Origin: an uncultured Actinomycetota bacterium
GTDB taxonomy: Bacteria; Actinomycetota; UBA4738; HRBIN12
Direction of reading: 5' to 3'
Length of the DNA: 64,000 nt
NCBI GenBank assembly: GCA_963762745.1
Contig: CAVXMB010000002.1
Span: 104,554 to 168,553 of the forward strand
Position 1 is the stretch's first letter. The number at the start of each line of letters is the position of its first letter. Under the pieces are notes generated by a model that searched no databases, had not been told where the DNA came from, and worked only from the letters and a program-made list of their open reading frames with translations. This document shows positions 8,789-18,909 of the stretch, in pieces. Both the position numbers and the translations under genes were made by a program.

Positions 8789-11019
8789 CCGGTCAGCCGA
8801 GCGAGCAACGTCCGGCGTGCCGTAAGCGCTTTGCCCTTACGGCGCGGACCCTCGGTCGATCGGAGGTACGAGATGAGGGAGGCCTCCCCATCGGCCGGCT
8901 GCAGATCGGCCTCCGTGGCATACGCGCGGAGAGCGCTTCCCACCCAGGCATCACCGTGTCGGAAGCCTCGAACGAGCTCCGAGCGCGTCGGATGCCCCAG
9001 CAACGCATGGGACTGGACCATGTGATGACAGAGATCGAAGAACGGTGGGGCGGTGTCCGATGCGTCCTCCCAATCGATCAGGAACCAGCCGTCATCCGTC
9101 CACAGCATGTTCCACGGTGTCCAGTCGCCGTGGGCCGCTCCCGCCACACCCGGACCATCGGGTTGCACCTGTGAGCTTCGGAAGAAGGCACCCATGGCTC
9201 CGGCCACAACCTCGTCCAGTTGCCAGGCTCGCCGTCGGGGCCGCCACGGGATGGGTTCGAAGAGGAGGAGGCCCGGTGCCTTCTCCAGGATGGTAGGAGC
9301 CGCGACCGGAGGACGGAGGTGCTCCCGGAACCTCTCGATCGATACTGCTTCACGGTCGAGCGCGGAAGCCCCCTCATCATCCGTGGCCACCTTCGCCACC
9401 GCCGAGCAACGTCCCTCTCCGTCCAGGATCATCGCGATGAATCGGCCCTCATGGTTCGCCTTGGCCACCGCGAGCGTGCCTCGCTGCGGGATGTGCGAGG
9501 CAAGCAGCTCCCGGACCGATCGTGGAGGCGGTTCTGTCTTCGGGAGGAATCGGAGGCCACCCACGGCGGCCGCCAGACGGGCGGTCTCCCACGCGAGCCG
9601 CCCTCTCGTGGTCACCGGATGGTAGATCTGCAGGCCGGACACGGCGGTGTCCTTCGGGCCTCGTGGGACGACCCATCTGGTCGAAGAGCGACTCGAGATC
9701 TTGGACCAGCCGGCCCCAAGACGGGAGACCGCCCTTCGTTCCAGCATCCGGAGGACGTGCTCTCGAGCCTCAACCGCCACCTCGGCGGGGGGTCGCGACG
9801 CGTCGACGCGGACGAACGGCACGTGGGCCGGAAGGACGGACTCCCACGTGGACGTCTGCCTCTCGATCTCGTCTTTGGAGATCTCCGACTTGCGCCGCAG
9901 GATCGTCTCTGGAGGCGCGTCGAGGAGCAGCACGAGATCCGGTTGGACCAGCCAGAACCCCAGCGCACGAACCAGCCAGCGTGGAGCCCTGAGCCGGTAG
10001 CGTCGAGGATCCACGGCCATGTCCCACCATCCTCGTTCGGCGACGACCATGCCGGTTCGTGCCCGGAATGGCCAGACGCGGAACCATCCGCCGACGAGGA
10101 AGTCCAGCCAGTAGTAGCCGAGCAAGGCACTCGACAGGACAGGTCCGTACGGGGGACGTGCATGAGGTGTCAGGGGGTCACTGCCTTCTCGGCCGATCAG
10201 ACGACCCGGGCGAGGGAGAAGACCCGGACGCCAATGGAAGGACAGCCACCGTCGGAACGCCCCTCCGAGGAGATCGGGCAGCGCCTCGCTCAGCGTGGAT
10301 TTCCCGGTCCCATCGGGCCCGACGACCAGGATGAAGAGACCGGTTGGCGCCAGGAGCCGATGGAGCACCCTGCCGAGGCCGATCGCGGATGCTGCGGCGG
10401 CTCGAGCGGGCGAGCCGAATCGGCGCGCGTACTGCTCTCGCCGGGCACGAGAGGCCGTCTTCTCCCCAGGCTGACGTCCCGCGAGCACAGCATCCACCAA
10501 CGCCGGACCCGATCGCGGTCCCACGACCTCCCGAACGAGTTCCGCGTATCCCTCCGGATCCTGCCGTGCAAGCATGCTGATCCTCGTCCATTCCTCGGCC
10601 GTCGTGATCCCCTTTCGGAGTCGCTTGGCGGTGAGGTATGCGGCCCGCAACGCAGGAGATGCCTGAAGCTCCTGTCCGCGCAGCAACGTCGTGCGGAAGG
10701 CGTCCCGACCCAGCCCGCGAGGGTCGTCGAGCGTGTCGAGATTGACCACCTGCCCTTCGCGCTCGATGGACCAGAACCATCCCTGCAGGTCATATCGCAG
10801 GAATTGACACAGCCTCCACCCCCCTCGCATCCGAAGAGGCCACTGTTGATCGAGCGCGATCACACCGCAGTCGATGTCGCTGCCGCTCAGATCTGGCTCC
10901 TCGGGAGAGGGGCCGTGCAAGATGGTGACCTTCTCACCGAGCAACGGGAAGATCTCTGAGAGGAAGTCGGGGTCGGTCGCTGGCCCCTCAGAGGTGTGTT
11001 TCGAACCCGGCTGGGTCAT
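8785..11019 (-). CDS. Three-module protein: Pol-beta-type nucleotidyltransferase-like N-terminus + P-loop (dTMP-kinase-like) module + aminoglycoside/choline-kinase-fold (APH-like) C-terminus
   Basis: LSGSDIDCGV (GS-x-D-x-D NTase-like). LVVGPDGTGKSTLSEAL (Walker A). C-terminal HGDWTPWNMLW...FLIDWEDA (APH/ChoK Brenner and DxE motifs). The stop overlaps the start of the next gene (8785-8788). Confidence 0.7.
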   Translation of the reverse strand: MTQPGSKHTSEGPATDPDFLSEIFPLLGEKVTILHGPSPEEPDLSGSDIDCGVIALDQQWPLRMRGGWRLCQFLRYDLQGWFWSIEREGQVVNLDTLDDPRGLGRDAFRTTLLRGQELQASPALRAAYLTAKRLRKGITTAEEWTRISMLARQDPEGYAELVREVVGPRSGPALVDAVLAGRQPGEKTASRARREQYARRFGSPARAAAASAIGLGRVLHRLLAPTGLFILVVGPDGTGKSTLSEALPDLLGGAFRRWLSFHWRPGLLPRPGRLIGREGSDPLTPHARPPYGPVLSSALLGYYWLDFLVGGWFRVWPFRARTGMVVAERGWWDMAVDPRRYRLRAPRWLVRALGFWLVQPDLVLLLDAPPETILRRKSEISKDEIERQTSTWESVLPAHVPFVRVDASRPPAEVAVEAREHVLRMLERRAVSRLGAGWSKISSRSSTRWVVPRGPKDTAVSGLQIYHPVTTRGRLAWETARLAAAVGGLRFLPKTEPPPRSVRELLASHIPQRGTLAVAKANHEGRFIAMILDGEGRCSAVAKVATDDEGASALDREAVSIERFREHLRPPVAAPTILEKAPGLLLFEPIPWRPRRRAWQLDEVVAGAMGAFFRSSQVQPDGPGVAGAAHGDWTPWNMLWTDDGWFLIDWEDASDTAPPFFDLCHHMVQSHALLGHPTRSELVRGFRHGDAWVGSALRAYATEADLQPADGEASLISYLRSTEGPRRKGKALTARRTLLARLTG

Positions 11020-11067
11020 GCGACAGACCTTCCGATCGTGCGGCTCAGTGGTCGGAACCGAGTGTCA

Positions 11068-11883
11068 TCAGCCACTTCTCTTGGTGAGGAGCTCCCGCGC
11101 CACTCCCCACACGAAACGCGGGTTGCCGACGAGATACCGACGGCCCAGTCGGCCCGGCTCCGAGCCGAGCCTGTGAAGCCACTCGAGCCCCGCCCGCTGC
11201 ATCCACTCGGGAGCACGCTCCTTGGTTCCCGCCAGGAAATCGAACGCGGCACCGACGCACAGGATAACCGGAGCAGCACCAGAGGCTCGGAGCGAGTCGG
11301 CCACCAGATCCTGCTTCGGGGTCCCGAGCCCCAGCCACAACAGCTGTGTGTCCATCGCGCGGATACGTCCGGCAGCGTCCTCCAGCTCGTGTTGCTCCAG
11401 CGCCCGGAAGGGCGGAGACTCAGCCCCGACGAGTGCGATCCTGGGGTACTGCAGCTCGAGGCGCGCCTGTAACGACGTCAGAGTCGATGGTGCACCGCCG
11501 AAGAGGTAATGGCGAAGACCATCCCTCTCGCCGCGCCGAGCCAAGAGATCCATCGCATCGCTCCCCGTCAGGCGCTCCGACGCTTCACCCTTGAGCCGAA
11601 GCGCCCACACGATCGACTTCCCGTCCGGAACGTTCAGCTCACCCCTGTTGAGTGTGTCTCGGTACGCCTGATCGTCCATCGCACGAACCGTCGGGTCGGC
11701 GGGCAGGAATCGGACGATGTGGCTGCGGCCACACGAGATGAACGACTCCACCGTCTCCGTGAATCGCTCGCCGTCCACGGAGTCGATCCGCACACCGTTC
11801 ACCGTCGTGCTCTGGCTGGGACGGACACAGGTGTGCGCCCCCTCGGGGCGCGCGCGAGCTGAAGGGACGCCGGCCGCCGGCAT
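11068..11883 (-). CDS. WecB/TagA/CpsF-family (GT26) glycosyltransferase
   Basis: NVPDGKSIVWALRLKG, YLFGGAP, ESPPF and LLWLGLGTPKQDL motifs characteristic of TagA/WecG. Confidence 0.85.
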   Translation of the reverse strand: MPAAGVPSARARPEGAHTCVRPSQSTTVNGVRIDSVDGERFTETVESFISCGRSHIVRFLPADPTVRAMDDQAYRDTLNRGELNVPDGKSIVWALRLKGEASERLTGSDAMDLLARRGERDGLRHYLFGGAPSTLTSLQARLELQYPRIALVGAESPPFRALEQHELEDAAGRIRAMDTQLLWLGLGTPKQDLVADSLRASGAAPVILCVGAAFDFLAGTKERAPEWMQRAGLEWLHRLGSEPGRLGRRYLVGNPRFVWGVARELLTKRSG

Positions 11884-11886
11884 GGC

Positions 11887-13377
11887 TTAGTAGGCGCCCT
11901 TCCCCCGCAGTATCACGCCGACCGTCTTCAGGAGGATGTAGAGATCCAGGCTGAGAGACCAGTTGTCGATGTAGAACAGATCCAACCGGACGGCATCCTC
12001 CAGGTTCACGTCGCTCCGCCCGTTGATCTGCCACCAGCCCGTCATCCCCGACTTCACTTCATGCCTGGGCTCGAGCAGTTCCGGATCGGCCTCGATCTGT
12101 TCGATCGTGAGCGGTCTCGGTCCCACGAGACTCATCTCTCCCCGCAGCACGTTCCACAATTGTGGGAGCTCATCCAGACTGAACTTCCGGAGGACGTAAC
12201 CGATCTTTGTCAGGCGGGGATCGTCGCGCAGCTTGAAGAAGGGCTCCGTCACGTCTGGCACCTTCGCCGGCGGAGAGTGCTCGGCATCGGCCACCATCGT
12301 CCTGAACTTCAGCATGGTGAACACGCGACCGTTCTTCGTCATCCGCCGCTGCCGGAAAACGACGGGTCCCGGTGAGGTCACTCGCACGGAGGCGGCGATC
12401 ACCGCGATCAAGGGCAACAGGGCGATCAGCGCGACAGGCGCGATGAAGAGGTCGAAGCATCGCTTCAGAACCGCCTGGGTCGCCGTGAAGCGAACCGGCT
12501 TCAGGTAAAGAGCCATGACCTCGTCGATCGGCTGGATCGAGAGCCTGGATGTAAGGATCTCCGGGAGGTTGGCCGAGACCCGCATCTCCACCTCGGTCCG
12601 ACGACAGGCCCTCGAGATCCCGATCATGTCTTCCGGCGACACCGAGGAAGACGCGACGAACACGCACTCGACCTGCTCCCGGCGGATGATCTCCTCCAAC
12701 TCATCGAATGCGCCGATCCACGCAAGGCCCGGTTCCGCATCGGATGCGTCGGACGTCGACACATACCCGATCGGGGCGAAGCCGCGAACAGCAGGCTGGA
12801 GGACCCGCGCCAACCTGGCCGCCTCCTCGTTCGTGCCGACAAGCAGCGTCCGCAGCGTGAGCGTTCCGTCCCGCTTCAACTGACGGATCCACCAGCGGAA
12901 CGACCGCCTGGTCAGCAGTTCGAAGCCGAGCGCGAAGAGCCAGGTCCATGCCAGGAACGGACGTGAGAGTGATGGCTGCCACCAGAAGGTCGAGACCATG
13001 ATGACGCCGACCCCCACCGTCGTCGCGCTGAGGATGCCCCGGAACTCATCCCATGCAGAGAGGTGCTCGACGCGATAGAGACCGAACGCGTGGAACACCG
13101 CGATCCAGAGGAGAGGCGCGACGACGAGCACGAGCACGAACGGGCTGTGGAACCCCTCGCGAGGGGACGTTACGTAGTGGAGAGCCAGGAGAGCGGCAAC
13201 GATCGAAGCTGCGTCGGCGACGGCGAGGGCGATGCTGAGACGACGGAATGCGAGCCGCACGGATCGCCGCGACGCTGGTCTCGGCGCAACGTCAACTGCG
13301 CCCCTCCCACGAGATACGGGAGAAGCGACAGTGGTTGCCATCTCGGACCGATCGAGCGCCACTGACTCGTCGGGCAA
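11887..13377 (-). CDS. Polyprenyl-phosphate sugar-phosphate transferase (WbaP/EpsB-type priming enzyme)
   Basis: N-terminal TM segments plus the C-terminal bacterial sugar transferase domain (KRCFDL, GPVVFRQRRMTKNGRVFTMLKFRTM, LDELPQLWNVLRGEMSLVGPRP). Confidence 0.9.
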   Translation of the reverse strand: MPDESVALDRSEMATTVASPVSRGRGAVDVAPRPASRRSVRLAFRRLSIALAVADAASIVAALLALHYVTSPREGFHSPFVLVLVVAPLLWIAVFHAFGLYRVEHLSAWDEFRGILSATTVGVGVIMVSTFWWQPSLSRPFLAWTWLFALGFELLTRRSFRWWIRQLKRDGTLTLRTLLVGTNEEAARLARVLQPAVRGFAPIGYVSTSDASDAEPGLAWIGAFDELEEIIRREQVECVFVASSSVSPEDMIGISRACRRTEVEMRVSANLPEILTSRLSIQPIDEVMALYLKPVRFTATQAVLKRCFDLFIAPVALIALLPLIAVIAASVRVTSPGPVVFRQRRMTKNGRVFTMLKFRTMVADAEHSPPAKVPDVTEPFFKLRDDPRLTKIGYVLRKFSLDELPQLWNVLRGEMSLVGPRPLTIEQIEADPELLEPRHEVKSGMTGWWQINGRSDVNLEDAVRLDLFYIDNWSLSLDLYILLKTVGVILRGKGAY

Positions 13378-13595
13378 CTCGGTCTTCCTCGTGCCGATCG
13401 GGGGGCCTCCTCAGTTGACGCCTCGCCTAGCTTCGGCCAGGACCGGGCTGGCCCCGACACGCAGGAAGAGCGCGCTTCCACCAAGCTTCGTTGCGTACTT
13501 TACCTACATCGATAGGCGGGAAACATCGGGCGAAGGACTCGTCCGATGTACGGCTATCGGCGGGGGCACTGAGCGGTCCGTGAATGACTGGGAGC

Positions 13596-14741
13596 TCAGG
13601 CCGACGAGAGCGCCAGGTGGTACGCCTCCTCCAGATCCTGGATAGCCCGTTCAGGCGAGTATCGCTCACGCCAGAGCTTCCAGGCCCCGTGCCCCAGCCG
13701 CTCGCTCTCTCGGTCGTCGATGAGCCGGTCGAGGGAGTCGGCCCATGCGTCGGCGTCATCCGGCGGGACCAGGAGCCCGGCGTCGCTCGGCACCGCCTCG
13801 GGCAACGCGCCGATGTCGCTCGCGACCACGGGGACGCCCGCCGCGTAGGCCTCGAGGATCGTGCGAGGCTGCCCTTCATAGCATCTGGAGGGCAACAGCA
13901 CCGCCCGCGCCTGTTGGATCAGCGCAGGCACCTCCGCGGCTGCGACCGCCGATCGGAAATCGACGTTCGACGGCGCTTCCCGCCGGAGTGCTCGAGCGGT
14001 GGGCCCATCGCCGACGATGAGGAGAGGGGCCGACGAGCGCCTCCACGCCCTCAACAGGGTCGAGACTCCCTTCTCGGGCGAAAGCCTCCCCAGGTAGAGG
14101 AAGTACCCGCCCGGTCCCTCACGCCGCTCGCTCGTCCAGGCGAAGTTCGGCTTCACTACGATCCGATCACCCGGCCAGCCTCCTTCCACGTGCTTGTCTC
14201 GGACGAATCGGCTCACGGCGAGGAAGGTCGTCACCTGATCGAAGGAACGGATCGTCTTATGGAGGGTGAGCGACGTCGCGAGTGTGGCGCTGCCCAGCCC
14301 CGATCCTCGATAGCACGCATGCATGACGCCGGGCCACGGCGCCCGCCCGAGACAGTCCTCGCACACGCGGCCGTCTCGGACGAACGTGGCCGGCAGACAC
14401 AGGAGTCGGTAGTTGTGCAATGTCATCACCACGGCGGCACCTTCGCCGCGCGCGACCCGCAGCACCGCGGGCGACAGGATCGGGAAGAGGTTGTGGCAGT
14501 GAACGATCTCCGCCCCCAAGCCTCGGATCAGATCACGAACGTGGTTCATCGCCTTCGTGGACCAGATCGCTCGTGCCGCCGTGCCGACGAGACGAGGCCC
14601 GCTGGCGTCGCTCGGGAGAGGATCCCATACCTCCACGTGGTGACCGGCCTCGGTCAGGAGCCGGGCCTCGTCATCGACGACCCGATTCTCTCCCGAGCTC
14701 GTCCCCGAGAGATAGCGCGAGTGGAGGATGAGGACGCGCAT
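13596..14741 (-). CDS. GT4-family glycosyltransferase
   Basis: MRVLILHSRYLSGTSSGENRVV... N-terminus. C-terminal LLPSRCYEGQPRTILEAYAAGVPVVASDIGALPE (E-x7-E). Confidence 0.85.
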   Translation of the reverse strand: MRVLILHSRYLSGTSSGENRVVDDEARLLTEAGHHVEVWDPLPSDASGPRLVGTAARAIWSTKAMNHVRDLIRGLGAEIVHCHNLFPILSPAVLRVARGEGAAVVMTLHNYRLLCLPATFVRDGRVCEDCLGRAPWPGVMHACYRGSGLGSATLATSLTLHKTIRSFDQVTTFLAVSRFVRDKHVEGGWPGDRIVVKPNFAWTSERREGPGGYFLYLGRLSPEKGVSTLLRAWRRSSAPLLIVGDGPTARALRREAPSNVDFRSAVAAAEVPALIQQARAVLLPSRCYEGQPRTILEAYAAGVPVVASDIGALPEAVPSDAGLLVPPDDADAWADSLDRLIDDRESERLGHGAWKLWRERYSPERAIQDLEEAYHLALSSA

Positions 14742-16334
14742 CTACCGTTCGCCGGGTCTGGGAGCCACCACCATCTCATGCCCATGCGTGCGTTGATCCG
14801 AAAGATCGAGGGCGAGCCAGAGGAAGATGAGCCCCTGAAAGCTGAAGGTCTCGAACGTGTTCCCCGTGAGGCTCCGGACACCCAGGACGGTCAACAGCAG
14901 CACCGGAACCAGGTCGGTGCTTCGCAGGGCCCTGAGGTACGCGCGCTTATAGGCGATGAGGAACGACGAGAACAACAGGACGAGGCCGATCACGCCTGTT
15001 CCCACGAGAGCTTCGACCCAGGTGCTGTGGATGCCTGATGTGTACGTGTACCCGAGGGGAGCCAAGACCTCGAAGCGCGTCCCCGTCAACAGCCCTTTGC
15101 CGATGAGCGGGGACTCCTCCCACACCGGGACGGCCGCCGTCCAGAAATCGATCCGGCTCGACAACGTGGAGGCCTGTTCTGTCGTTTGACCACGGAGCAA
15201 GAAGGGCTCGGCCTGCTCGAGGAACGTAGACGGGCTCTTCGCGATGACCGCGACCAAGACCAGAAGGACGCCGGTCGCCAGGAGCCACCTGCGCCCCAAC
15301 AGGAGATAGACGAGCAGCCCGACGATGAAGGCACCGTACCCGGTCCGGTACTGGGCGAGCACGAGGCTGAAAAGTCCGAGGGCGGCGACCGCGTAGCCAA
15401 GCACCTGCTGAGAACGTCTGGGAGATGCGATCCTCCGGAGGCGGCCGAGCGACCAGAACGTGAGGAGCACCCCCAACGTCCCGACGCCGTTGGCCGAGTA
15501 CGACGGGAAGAGCCCACGGATCTGGAAGGGGATCGGAGACTCCTGGTTGCTGAGGTAGACGATGGCTTGATCCGGCGCGACCAGGTATCCGATCCACACG
15601 GAGAGGAGCAGTCCAACGGTGAACCAGTACAAGACGGCTCCGAGCCTGTCCGCCGCCTCGTCTCCCACCAGGTGCCTGGCCCCGACGATGACCATGACGC
15701 CCGCAAGGAGTTCGATCCCACGGTAGCCGGTCAGGGCCAGGCTGAAAGATTGCGGAGCTCCCAGGAACACGACCACGACGTACAGGAAGAACACTCGGAT
15801 CGGAAGAGAGGTTGCACGACCGTTCGACGGGACGGCGAGGGGTCGCGAGATGAGCGCCAATGCGGCGAGGATCATGGCAAGGGCCACGCACAGGACCCTG
15901 AACTGCGCGGCAGGATCGAGCGGGCTGTAGGCGAGCTCGTCCGCGGAGCGCCCTCTGAAGACCAACGTGCTCACCGCCATCAGGAGCAGAGGGATCTCCA
16001 CGCTGATGAACCCGGCGCGGATGCGCCCTCCGAAGATCGCCCTCAGTGTGGGCACGCCGACCGCGAGCGCCGCGACGCTGATGGCCAACGTCTGGCGAGT
16101 TCCCCCCGCCGCCACCGCCGACCCAGCCCACCACGCCAGCAACAAGCCCAAGGGAGCGAGGAGCCACCAGCTCGGGAGGTTCCGGATCGTGCCGAGAAGA
16201 TCTCGCGCGCGCTCCCCGATCTCGGAGGAAGACCGGATCAGACGCCCTCCCGACTTTCCGTCGGGCTCATCCATCGCGACACCAGATCGCTCATCGCTCG
16301 GCGGCAGCGTCTTCATCAGAAGCGAGCTTCCCAC
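14742..16334 (-). CDS. O-antigen ligase/polymerase-like (Wzy-type) polytopic membrane protein
   Basis: 530-aa, strongly hydrophobic multi-TM protein. Its stop abuts the downstream GT4 start (14741/14742). Sits within the glycan operon. Confidence 0.7.
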   Translation of the reverse strand: MGSSLLMKTLPPSDERSGVAMDEPDGKSGGRLIRSSSEIGERARDLLGTIRNLPSWWLLAPLGLLLAWWAGSAVAAGGTRQTLAISVAALAVGVPTLRAIFGGRIRAGFISVEIPLLLMAVSTLVFRGRSADELAYSPLDPAAQFRVLCVALAMILAALALISRPLAVPSNGRATSLPIRVFFLYVVVVFLGAPQSFSLALTGYRGIELLAGVMVIVGARHLVGDEAADRLGAVLYWFTVGLLLSVWIGYLVAPDQAIVYLSNQESPIPFQIRGLFPSYSANGVGTLGVLLTFWSLGRLRRIASPRRSQQVLGYAVAALGLFSLVLAQYRTGYGAFIVGLLVYLLLGRRWLLATGVLLVLVAVIAKSPSTFLEQAEPFLLRGQTTEQASTLSSRIDFWTAAVPVWEESPLIGKGLLTGTRFEVLAPLGYTYTSGIHSTWVEALVGTGVIGLVLLFSSFLIAYKRAYLRALRSTDLVPVLLLTVLGVRSLTGNTFETFSFQGLIFLWLALDLSDQRTHGHEMVVAPRPGER

Positions 16335-16500
16335 GAACGTCCGGCGGCGAACGGCTCCACCACAACTTCATCGCAGCTTCTCGCTGGTCGGACCGGGTGG
16401 CCGCCTCGTCCGGTTCGCACCGTCGTGGTATCCGTGCGGCTGGCTGATCGGTTGCTCCCATGCGTTGCGATGACGGCGACCTGTCAGCGACACTTGCCTG

Positions 16501-17484
16501 GTGGGCCCCCCTCCAGTCGATCTGAATGAGCGTTCCGGCACACTCCAGGTCACCGTGGTGATCCCATGCTTCAACCCGGTCGATGAGCACCTGCGCGAGT
16601 GCCTGGAGAGCGTCCGTGCGCAGACATCCAGTCAGTGGGAAGCGATCGTCGTGGACGACGGATCCACCAACCACGACGCCGTGGCAGGCGTCGTTGCCGG
16701 CTTGGACGACGCGCGCATCCGGACGGTGAGGCATCCTGTCAACCGAGGTCTGGGTGCCGCCCGCAACTCGGGCTACCGGTCGGCGCTCGGCGAGGTCGTG
16801 GCGCTCCTGGATTCGGACGATCGCCTCGCCCCCACGTTCCTCGAGGAGACGTATCGAGCACTGCAGGATGCTCCAGAGGCCGGCTGGGCGTTCACCGATT
16901 GGCAGTGCTTCGGGGCGAGCCCGGATCTCTGGGCCTTCCCCAACCCACTCCCTCCCCCGTGCCCACAACACCTGGTCCACGTCGGCCCCGGGGCGCTGGT
17001 CCGTCCGCGGGTATGGCGAACCGTGGGTGGCTACACGGAGGATCCCCGGATGAGCGGAGCCGCGGATTGGGACTTCTGGATCACCGCGAGCGAACTGGGA
17101 TCGAGAGGGGTCCATCTCACGAGCCCCCTGTACCTGCATCGGAGATGGCCCGGCACGATGAGCATGACCACGTCGGTCGCGAACGACGCGACGAATCGGG
17201 AGCTTCTGTATCTCAGACACAAGGTCACGTTCGATTCGTTCGACGAACCGTGTCCCCGGTGCCCTCCGCGGCATCGGGTGCCACATTTCCGCGCGACGGG
17301 CTACGTGAACAGTTCGGCCGCGGCGCTCGCGCGCGGAGAACGGTTGCGGAGCCTCCGCCTCGCCGCTCGCGCGGCCACGATCCTGCCCTCACGTGGGACG
17401 TTCCGCCAACTCGCTCGCGCGATGCTCCCACGCGTCCGACTCCGAGCCGGAAGAGATCGGGTCGGGGATCGAAGTCGCCCGTGA
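16501..17484 (+). CDS. GT2-family glycosyltransferase with a C-terminal CPRC-containing extension
   Basis: VTVVIPCFN...VVDDGSTN...LDSDD (GT-A DxD region). Full-length paralog of 29381-30394. Confidence 0.85.
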   Translation: MGPPPVDLNERSGTLQVTVVIPCFNPVDEHLRECLESVRAQTSSQWEAIVVDDGSTNHDAVAGVVAGLDDARIRTVRHPVNRGLGAARNSGYRSALGEVVALLDSDDRLAPTFLEETYRALQDAPEAGWAFTDWQCFGASPDLWAFPNPLPPPCPQHLVHVGPGALVRPRVWRTVGGYTEDPRMSGAADWDFWITASELGSRGVHLTSPLYLHRRWPGTMSMTTSVANDATNRELLYLRHKVTFDSFDEPCPRCPPRHRVPHFRATGYVNSSAAALARGERLRSLRLAARAATILPSRGTFRQLARAMLPRVRLRAGRDRVGDRSRP

Positions 17485-17497
17485 GGCATCGAACGCC

Positions 17498-18889
17498 TCA
17501 GCGCCAGCACCAGCCCTCCGGTGCGAGGGTCCCAGGTGGTGCACGACAGTCATCGAACCACTGTCGTGCTTCCAACGCCTCCCGAGAGAGGGGCGCGGCG
17601 GTCAAGACGGGGTAGAAGAAGACGAAGAAGGTGAACGCCAGCACGCCGAGGAGCGTCAAGGCCGCACGGCCCGTGAACGACCGCACCCACGGCGTCGCCA
17701 CGATCGCGACGGCGAGGCACATGAACGGCACTGCCGGCAGCAGGTAGAACAGGAACGTGAAGGAACGCCCGGTGCTCATTGCGAGCCAGGGCAGGTACAT
17801 CACGGCGAACCCGCCGACCGCCACGACCGCGGCATCCGTCGGCTTCCGCCTACGGGCCATCCGTATCGCGAGATACGCGAGGGCGATGAGAGCGGCCCAC
17901 CACACCACGGGGCTGCCGATGGCGAGGATCTCTCGATACGTGCCCCCGGAAGCGTCGGAGAAGTACACGACCGGGCGCTTGATCAAAGGCCAAGACCAAG
18001 CGGGTGACGAATACGGACTCACGTCCTGGATCCCGAGATGGAACCGCAACATCTCTCGCTGCACGCCGAGGAAGTTCCTCGCCCACGACCCGTGCGCCCA
18101 CGGCAACGACAAGACAGAGCCTTCGATCCTTCCGACGAACGAGGCGATGTAGACGACCAGCGGAACCACGATCATCGAGAGGGCGAGGGGAAGACCTTCA
18201 CCCCGCGCCACACCTCGGATCCTTGCCCACGAACCGCTCGTGGTCACTCGGCCGGCGGCCCAGAGGGCAGCGATCCCGGCGACGCCGACCAGAGCCAGGA
18301 ACCCCACCCATTTGGTGGCCGTCGCCGCACCCGCGACGGACCCGGCCGCAAGCAGCCATCGACGGACGACGAGCGGTCGTTCAGCACCGGCTGACTCGAC
18401 GAGATCCCGGTCGATCACCAGGAACAGGAAGCTCGCCACGACGAACAAGGTGACGAAGATGTCGAGCATCGCGACGCGGGATTGCACGAAGTGCAGCGGG
18501 TCGATCGCGAGGAGGCCAGCTGCCACGCCTGCACCGATCGCGGTGCCGAGTAGCCTGCGCCCGAGCAGATACAGGAGCGACACGGTGAGGATCCCGGCGA
18601 TCAACGCCGCGATCCTCCACCCCAGCGGGCTGTAGCCGAACACGCGGATCCCCAGGCTGATCAGCCATTTCCCGAGAGGGGGATGGGGACTGATCGCACG
18701 TTCTCCGATGCCGCAGATCTGCTGCGATCCCTGGACGAGGAAGCACGCCTCCCTGGCGTAGAAGAACTCGTCGAACACGATCGTGTTCGGCCGAGTGAGA
18801 TGGATGCTCCGCGATACGGTCGCGATCGCCGTCACGAGCGTGACCGTGACGGTATCCGCCCTCGTCCAGCGGAGTCGCTCCGACGTCAC
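17498..18889 (-). CDS. Dolichyl/polyprenyl-phosphate-mannose protein mannosyltransferase-like (PMT/GT39, GT-C fold)
   Basis: Polytopic membrane protein with the early loop motif VFDEFFYAREA (the DE motif of PMT-type enzymes). About 463 aa. Confidence 0.75.
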   Translation of the reverse strand: MTSERLRWTRADTVTVTLVTAIATVSRSIHLTRPNTIVFDEFFYAREACFLVQGSQQICGIGERAISPHPPLGKWLISLGIRVFGYSPLGWRIAALIAGILTVSLLYLLGRRLLGTAIGAGVAAGLLAIDPLHFVQSRVAMLDIFVTLFVVASFLFLVIDRDLVESAGAERPLVVRRWLLAAGSVAGAATATKWVGFLALVGVAGIAALWAAGRVTTSGSWARIRGVARGEGLPLALSMIVVPLVVYIASFVGRIEGSVLSLPWAHGSWARNFLGVQREMLRFHLGIQDVSPYSSPAWSWPLIKRPVVYFSDASGGTYREILAIGSPVVWWAALIALAYLAIRMARRRKPTDAAVVAVGGFAVMYLPWLAMSTGRSFTFLFYLLPAVPFMCLAVAIVATPWVRSFTGRAALTLLGVLAFTFFVFFYPVLTAAPLSREALEARQWFDDCRAPPGTLAPEGWCWR

Positions 18890-18909
18890 GGGCCTGGACG
18901 ATACAGGTA

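Noticed and set aside
9220-10959. 579-aa plus-strand ORF
   Set aside because: Antisense to the 744-aa three-module gene, whose motifs (Walker A, APH) are clear. Its composition is Arg/Pro/Gly/Glu-rich with no motifs.
13584-16529. Plus-strand ORFs of 484 aa (13584-15038) and 447 aa (15186-16529)
   Set aside because: Antisense to the GT4 and Wzy-like genes. They are extremely Arg/Glu/Asp/Pro-rich and lack any domain signature.
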